From the sequence record DRR723986_13540: a DNA stretch of 64,000 nt. One strand, written 5' to 3'. Position numbers and translations under genes: made by a program. Below the pieces are notes generated by a model. It was given only the letters and a program-made list of their open reading frames with translations, did no database searches and was not told the DNA's origin. Shown here in pieces: positions 58,600-64,000 of the stretch. Numbering within the stretch: position 1 is the first letter of the stretch; each line of letters starts with the position of its first letter.

Positions 58600-59847
58600 C
58601 TAAAAATAGGTACTAAATCCAAATAGCCAACTAGAGGTTAAAGCTGCGGGATTGTTCACGATATCTTTCTGCCAAGAATATCTGTAATTCAACCTGAAAA
58701 CTGTTTGCGAAGAAGGCCTGAAGCTAACAGCTGGCGTAATCGCAAATATATCGTCACCGATTAAAGCAGTCGTACCATTAAACATTCCCATATTCCAATC
58801 TACATAATCAAATCTCATGGCTAAATTCAAGGTTGAATTTTCCCAATTAAACCACTTTGGACGAAGAATTGGTTGCACAACATCTACAAACATACCCCAT
58901 TGAGATTCTCCAAATTGTTCGGTATAAGTTCCTGGCACATCAATATAAGCGTAAACAGCTTCTCCAATGATGTTCGTATTAATTTTAGGGATGGTAAAAT
59001 TAATATCAAAAGCGGCAACATCAACTCTCCTTTTCTTGTCTAAAGTTAAACCATCAGCTTCAAATTGATTGTAAACACCTCCCATATAGGAAAAGCCCAC
59101 CTCTCCTATTTTTCTATTCTTAATTGCAAGCTTAGCGCTTATCATTGGTAGTCCACTATTGTTATGTTCAAACCTTTCTTCATTGTCCTTTGAAGCAGGT
59201 AAAAAAGTCTTATTTTCTTCATTGTCAATAATACGATCATCAAATCCATTTGAAACATAAAACTCATAGCCAAAAACCCAATTGTTTTTGTTCGTTTTAC
59301 CGTAAATTCCGAATCCGGCATTTGACCACGTTGCAGGTACAATATTTGTTGAAACATCTGGTCGCTCAATGAATTCCCATTTTGGCCCATCATGGTTTTG
59401 ATTGAATGCACCTATTGGATTCATAATAATTCCTCCTCTAAAATTAATTAGAGGATGAATAGTAAAGTCTAATGCAGCAAACTCAATTGCGATTTCTTTG
59501 GTTCCATCTTCGAATTCTAATTCTGTTAAAAATTTTAACCTATTTTTTATTGAAGAAGATAAAAACAAAGTCAGCCTTCGAGCTTGAAAAGAAAGTCCGT
59601 CTGTTACCCCATCCGTTATTGTGTAAATTGAATTCGTTTCTAAATAACCACCAACTGCTACAGGTACTTTCTTGTAGGTAAGAAAAGGTCTATTGTAAAC
59701 GGCATCCATATTCAGTTTGGTTGTGCTTGTATCATAAGGCACTTTAAAGAAAGTAGTGTCCTTTTGCGCTAATCCAATATTTGAAAATATTAGAAAAAGT
59801 CCCAAACTAATTGATAATTTAAATGGTAACATAAATATTTTTTTCAT
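58600..59847 (-). CDS. Outer membrane porin (OprO/P-like beta-barrel)
   Basis: Signal peptide, ELEFEDG..EIAIEFA, NQNHD, C-terminal STYF. Confidence 0.78.
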   Translation of the reverse strand: MKKIFMLPFKLSISLGLFLIFSNIGLAQKDTTFFKVPYDTSTTKLNMDAVYNRPFLTYKKVPVAVGGYLETNSIYTITDGVTDGLSFQARRLTLFLSSSIKNRLKFLTELEFEDGTKEIAIEFAALDFTIHPLINFRGGIIMNPIGAFNQNHDGPKWEFIERPDVSTNIVPATWSNAGFGIYGKTNKNNWVFGYEFYVSNGFDDRIIDNEENKTFLPASKDNEERFEHNNSGLPMISAKLAIKNRKIGEVGFSYMGGVYNQFEADGLTLDKKRRVDVAAFDINFTIPKINTNIIGEAVYAYIDVPGTYTEQFGESQWGMFVDVVQPILRPKWFNWENSTLNLAMRFDYVDWNMGMFNGTTALIGDDIFAITPAVSFRPSSQTVFRLNYRYSWQKDIVNNPAALTSSWLFGFSTYF

Positions 59848-60256
59848 CTACTTTAGTTTCAAATGTTGTAAGATCATGTTCTGCTGGTCCTTCAAGTAAT
59901 TTTCCCTGTACAGAAAATTCACTCCCATGACAAGGACAACTATAGGCTCCACCGCCAACGTTTAATTCGCAACCCTGATGCGTGCACTCCATGAGCGAAG
60001 AGGTATATTCGTTTTTACCAGTTCGATAAACACAAATAGGAAACTGAAATTTATCAGAATTGAACAGCACATATTTGCGCATCTTCGTTTTGTTTTCTTT
60101 TACAATTTCAAACTCAGAAAGAGGAATTATGACTCTTCCATCTTTTTCAGTCTGTTTGGTTACATAATAGATTCCTTCGCATCCCGTCAATGCAATACCA
60201 ATTGGTATTGACAACAATGCTGAACAGCTCGTGCGTAAAAACTTTCTGCGTTCCAT
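59819..60256 (-). CDS. Tat-exported Rieske [2Fe-2S] lipoprotein
   Basis: ERRKFL Tat motif, LTGC lipobox, CTHQGC and CPCHGSEF. Confidence 0.9.
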   Translation of the reverse strand: MERRKFLRTSCSALLSIPIGIALTGCEGIYYVTKQTEKDGRVIIPLSEFEIVKENKTKMRKYVLFNSDKFQFPICVYRTGKNEYTSSLMECTHQGCELNVGGGAYSCPCHGSEFSVQGKLLEGPAEHDLTTFETKVDEKNIYVTI

Positions 60257-61447
60257 TTAGAGCGATTCTAGGAATTTGATCAATTGTTCTTTTTCAGAAC
60301 TACTCAGTTGTTCATACTGCTGACGGGACAATTCTGCTTCACCACCATGCAAAAGAATTGCTTCTTCAATACTCTTAGCTCTGCCATCATGCATTAATAA
60401 ATATTGACCTCCCTGAGAATCCTTAGAAAGCCCTAATCCCCATAGAGCTGGTGTTTTCCATTCTGAAACTAAAGCGTATCCTTCAGTATAATTATCATTT
60501 AATTGTGGTCCCATGTCATGAAGCAATAAATCAGTATAAGGATAAAATTCTTTGAATGACAGTGCATCTATAGGTGAATAAGATGTTTGCATAACGTCAA
60601 CATGACATTTAACACAACTCACTGAAGTGAATAAATTTTTTCCTGCAATAACATCTGGGTCGTCTTGATTTCTTGGTATAGGTGCTTTGAGTGTTTTAAG
60701 ATAAAATACAACTTGATGAATAACCGATTCATTGACTTCTGGTTCTACCGCCAATCCTGAATAAGGGTCAATAGGTTCAAATACTGAAGTAATTCCCATG
60801 TCTTGATTATAAGCCCCTGCGGTTTGAGCTAATAAATCATAAGCAGCACCTTTTTTTCCAAATCGACTGATATATCTGCCATTTGATTCAACAGCATCTG
60901 GTCTAAGACTTACATAATTCGGAATGACATTCCAATGCACTCGTCCACTAATGCCGTCTCCATCTATATCCAATGGATCCTCTATTGCCAACAAATCGGC
61001 ATCTGACACAGCATCCAAATATCCTAACCCTGTTACAGCTGGTGCTATTAAATTAGTGCTTGTAACACCCACTGGCAAAATCTCTGGATTATATCCCGGT
61101 ATTGCTTTGTGCTGTAATTGAGGTCCACCTTGAGATAGAAATTGATTTCCTGAAGTATCGGCCTGACCAAAACGGGTAAAACTTACATATTCGGTTCCTT
61201 TTCCGTCTCCAATATGACAAGCAGAACATTGATTTGCTACAAAAACAGGTCCCAATCCTTCATTCACAGTAAAAACATCAGCAAAGGCCTCATCTCCTTT
61301 TAAAAACTCAACTTTTTCTTCTGCGGTTAAACCTTCGATAGGTCCATCTAAAACTTCATTTTCAAAGGGTTCTAAAGGCCCTAATTTTTTGCAAGATTGA
61401 GTTAAAACAAGCAACAATAACGATAAAATACAACTGATAAGTTTCAT
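60257..61447 (-). CDS. Di-heme oxidoreductase (DHOR family) lipoprotein
   Basis: TQSC lipobox, GLGP..CSACH, CVKCH, YTDLLLHDMG, WKTPALWG, HDGRA..IEEAILLHGGE. Confidence 0.9.
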   Translation of the reverse strand: MKLISCILSLLLLVLTQSCKKLGPLEPFENEVLDGPIEGLTAEEKVEFLKGDEAFADVFTVNEGLGPVFVANQCSACHIGDGKGTEYVSFTRFGQADTSGNQFLSQGGPQLQHKAIPGYNPEILPVGVTSTNLIAPAVTGLGYLDAVSDADLLAIEDPLDIDGDGISGRVHWNVIPNYVSLRPDAVESNGRYISRFGKKGAAYDLLAQTAGAYNQDMGITSVFEPIDPYSGLAVEPEVNESVIHQVVFYLKTLKAPIPRNQDDPDVIAGKNLFTSVSCVKCHVDVMQTSYSPIDALSFKEFYPYTDLLLHDMGPQLNDNYTEGYALVSEWKTPALWGLGLSKDSQGGQYLLMHDGRAKSIEEAILLHGGEAELSRQQYEQLSSSEKEQLIKFLESL

Positions 61448-61480
61448 GCGATTTTATTTTGATTACGCAAATCTAACAAA

Positions 61481-61502
61481 ATTATTAGATAAGCCTAATA
61501 AT
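61481..61502. promoter_or_regulatory. DtxR/MntR-type operator palindrome
   Basis: ATTATTAG-ATAAGC-CTAATAAT; core TTAGATAAGCCTAA resembles the TTAGG-N4-CCTAA box; next to minus-strand TAGATTTG (61468-61475). Confidence 0.75.
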
Positions 61503-61537
61503 ATGATTATTCAAACAAAAACTTTACCTTTATACCT

Positions 61538-62194
61538 ATGAAATATAGTAGAGCAGAAGAAAATTATTTAAAGGCCATTTACAAATTATCCAGGGTACAG
61601 AAAAATGAAGTTTCTACTAAAGCAATTGGTGAACTACTTAACATTAAACCACCAACTGTATCAGACATGCTTAAGAAATTAGCTACTAAAAAGTTAGCGA
61701 ATTACGAAAAATACAAAGGCGTGAGTTTGACTAAGAAAGGAGAACTTCACGCTTTAAAAGTGATAAGAAAACACAGGTTATGGGAAACCTTTTTAGTTGA
61801 AAAACTGGATTTCACATGGGATAAAGTGCATGATATCGCTGAACAATTGGAGCATATTCATTCAATTGATTTAGTTAATCGGTTAGATAAATTCCTAAAC
61901 TATCCAAAATTTGATCCGCATGGTGATCCAATACCTAATGAAGAAGGCATTATAGAACTAAGGCATGAAAAAACCTTAGATACAATAGCCGTAGGAATGA
62001 CCGCAATTATGGTGGGCGTTAAAGATCACTCACCGCAATTTTTAAAATACTTAGACAGTATTACTCTGAATTTAGGATTAGAAATTGAAATAACGGATAA
62101 AATTGAGTTTGATAACTCTATTCGCGTAAAACTAAAAGACTCAAACGAGCACCAACTTTCTCAACTAGTTGCCCAAAATATTATTGTAAAGTAA
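61538..62194 (+). CDS. DtxR/MntR family metal-dependent repressor with FeoA/SH3-like domain
   Basis: EENYLKAIY, RKHRLWETFL, AEQLEH, DPHGDPIP motifs. Confidence 0.94.
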   Translation: MKYSRAEENYLKAIYKLSRVQKNEVSTKAIGELLNIKPPTVSDMLKKLATKKLANYEKYKGVSLTKKGELHALKVIRKHRLWETFLVEKLDFTWDKVHDIAEQLEHIHSIDLVNRLDKFLNYPKFDPHGDPIPNEEGIIELRHEKTLDTIAVGMTAIMVGVKDHSPQFLKYLDSITLNLGLEIEITDKIEFDNSIRVKLKDSNEHQLSQLVAQNIIVK

Positions 62195-62394
62195 TTTCCT
62201 TTATAGAATATTTAAATTTTCTTAGCAGCAATCTTTTAATCCAAGTTTCCTAGAATAAACTAGTACTTGGCATGTAATCTTATTTCCCTCTCTCGTTTCT
62301 GAGTAGAATTTATTTCACCCAAGATGCACCCAACTTGGCAAAAACTCAAATCAAACTGCCGCAATTTTGTCCAGAACATTAAAAACAAAATGAT

Positions 62395-62700
62395 ATGGCA
62401 ACAAACATTATTACCCCAGATGATTTAGAACAGTTCAAATGGGAACTACTTGCGGACATTAAAGAGTACCTGGATAAAAAAGTAGGAACAACGCCCGCAC
62501 AAAAAGAAGAAGATTGGATCAAATCTCATCAGGTCCAAAGGTTACTTGGAATTTCTCCAGGCACATTACAAAACCTTAGAGTGAATGGCACTATCCCCTA
62601 TTCAAAAGTTGGAGGAGTACTCTTCTATAAGAAGGCCGATATCCAGCACATCTTGGAACAAAATATGAGAAACAGTGATCAATCAATTAACAACCATTAA
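62395..62700 (+). CDS. HTH_17 excisionase-like protein
   Basis: IITPDDL, WIKS, ISPGTLQNLRVNGTIPYSKVGG motifs. Confidence 0.9.
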   Translation: MATNIITPDDLEQFKWELLADIKEYLDKKVGTTPAQKEEDWIKSHQVQRLLGISPGTLQNLRVNGTIPYSKVGGVLFYKKADIQHILEQNMRNSDQSINNH

Positions 62701-62712
62701 ATCAAAAATATT

Positions 62713-62967
62713 ATGTCAAAACACTGCAGAATTAAACCCATTGAAACTCAAAACAATGTTATGAACATTAGAACAGAATGGATGAATGGATTAGAGGTAA
62801 GCCACGCCTTAGGAATGAGCTACAAAACACTTTTACGTTTGCGCAAAAGTGGAGCTCTTCCATACAGTAAGGTCAATGGAAAAATCTATTTTAAAAGAGA
62901 GGATATAGACAAATTGCTGGCTAACAGCTACCGCCAGTTTTACTGTCAATGTTGTAATAAAAAATAA
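62713..62967 (+). CDS. HTH_17 excisionase-like protein (start may be 62761)
   Basis: WMNG.EV...LGMS.KTL.RLR.SGALPYSKVNGKIYF. Confidence 0.85.
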   Translation: MSKHCRIKPIETQNNVMNIRTEWMNGLEVSHALGMSYKTLLRLRKSGALPYSKVNGKIYFKREDIDKLLANSYRQFYCQCCNKK

Positions 62968-63015
62968 AGAATCTATTCCCCCTTTGGAGGGGGGGCGTTA
63001 GGGGGAGGATATTCA

Positions 63016-63690
63016 GTGAAACAAACCGTAAATTACATAAAACACCTTGAATCATGGGCGGATAGAATCTGTTGTGATGACCGGCTAACGCCTCATCACA
63101 TCAGTCTGTACTATGCAATGTTTCACCAATGGAATTTAGCCAAATTCAAAAATCCGATATCCATTTGCAGGTCCGAGCTAATGCTCGCCTGCAAAATAGG
63201 GTCGGCCAACACTTATACAAAGTGTTTAAAACAGTTAGATATTTGGGGATATATTGAATACAAACCATCCTATAATCCAGCAAGAGGCAGCCTTGTGAAC
63301 CTGTACAATTTTGATCATAGTACTAGTAAAGGTAGTGATAAGGGTACTGATAAAGGTGCTGTAATAGCAGTGCGACCTTCATTAAACAGTATAAACAATA
63401 AAAACATTAAAACAGATAAAACAAGTAAGGTGAAAAACAAGTTTTCACCACCCTCCCTTGATGAAGTAAAAGAGTTTTTTCTTGATTTAAAAAGTACGGT
63501 AAGTGAAGCAGAAAATTTCCACAATTATTTTGAATCCAATGGCTGGTTAGTAGGTGGTAAAGCAAAAATGAAAAACTGGCAAGCTGCTGCACGAAATTGG
63601 ATTAAGAGATCCGGGAACTTCAATAAAAGCTCAACAGCGAAGGAAAGACTTCACACAAATGATGATAAAGAATATGCAACGCCTTTGTAA
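63016..63690 (+). CDS. Putative replication initiator-like DNA-binding protein of Bacteroidota mobile elements
   Basis: N-terminal wHTH (HISLYYAMFHQWN, TYTKCLKQL), low-complexity linker, C-terminal F.NYFESNGW...MKNWQAAARNW. Confidence 0.7.
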   Translation: MKQTVNYIKHLESWADRICCDDRLTPHHISLYYAMFHQWNLAKFKNPISICRSELMLACKIGSANTYTKCLKQLDIWGYIEYKPSYNPARGSLVNLYNFDHSTSKGSDKGTDKGAVIAVRPSLNSINNKNIKTDKTSKVKNKFSPPSLDEVKEFFLDLKSTVSEAENFHNYFESNGWLVGGKAKMKNWQAAARNWIKRSGNFNKSSTAKERLHTNDDKEYATPL

Positions 63691-63691
63691 A

Positions 63692-64000
63692 ATGAAAGAA
63701 ACCGTCAAGCCAAAAATAGAATGCCCGTATAGTATCGTGAATAATTATCGTCTCTATGATTTTAAAAAATCATGGGCTTATCTTGAATTTTTAGGTCGCG
63801 AAAAATTCGGCCCAAAATTCAAATTACAAAATGGTGATCGCGAAATCATTTACAAGTTATTCATCTACTTTATTGGTGATGAAGAAAATTGCAAACGGCA
63901 TGGACTGGAATTAGAAAAGGGCATTTTATTAAATGGTCCAGTTGGTTGTGGTAAAACATCATTAATGCATTTGATGAAAAAGTTTGCTCATCCAAATTTG
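63692..64000 (+). CDS. P-loop ATPase (DnaC/IstB-like), truncated by window end
   Basis: MKETVKPKIECPY...GILLNGPVGCGKTSLM (Walker A); frame open to the edge. Confidence 0.85.
   Translation, partial: MKETVKPKIECPYSIVNNYRLYDFKKSWAYLEFLGREKFGPKFKLQNGDREIIYKLFIYFIGDEENCKRHGLELEKGILLNGPVGCGKTSLMHLMKKFAHPNL

Larger units (their letters stand above)
45674..64000 (+). mobile_element. Integrative element / genomic island at tRNA-Arg (left part only)
   Basis: Integrase next to the tRNA, arm-type repeats, RteC, two HTH_17 genes, initiator-like gene, ATPase; right att site not in window. Confidence 0.85.

Noticed and set aside
1-64000. CRISPR array, rRNA, IS transposase, and the many 60-145 aa ORFs overlapping long genes
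   Set aside because: No regularly spaced repeat-spacer array, rRNA or transposase motif seen; the short overlapping ORFs are antisense or alternate-frame shadows with no motifs

Overview
AT-rich Bacteroidota chromosome segment. Gene content, T9SS sorting domains and many TAnnTTTG -7 promoter elements point to Flavobacteriales, possibly a Crocinitomicaceae-like organism (inference). Bases 1-45.5 kb are core chromosome: envelope, peptidoglycan and T9SS genes, plus lptF/G, ribB(X), yaaA-msrA-msrB, cbs, ettA and dapB-lepB-wbqC. This part also holds a frameshifted TetA-like MFS gene and two sRNA candidates. At 45600-45673 is tRNA-Arg(ACG), preceded by a hairpin that copies its 5' end. Directly after the tRNA an integrative element begins and runs off the right edge. 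It encodes an IntDOT-like integrase with arm-type repeats, RteC, two HTH_17 excisionase-like genes, an initiator-like gene with internal iteron-like repeats and a P-loop ATPase. Its cargo is metal homeostasis: CzcA-TolC fusion, CzcB, an unannotated 58-aa His-rich lipoprotein, ACP, methyltransferase, P1B ATPase and reductase, plus a DtxR-boxed DHOR-Rieske-porin operon. The best candidate for a new system is a His-rich exported leader protein ending in an RGPP arrest-type motif. Its last codons pair perfectly over 12 bp with the czcA translation initiation region, suggesting metal-sensing ribosome-stalling control of efflux. All calls come from reading the sequence and motifs; no searches were run.
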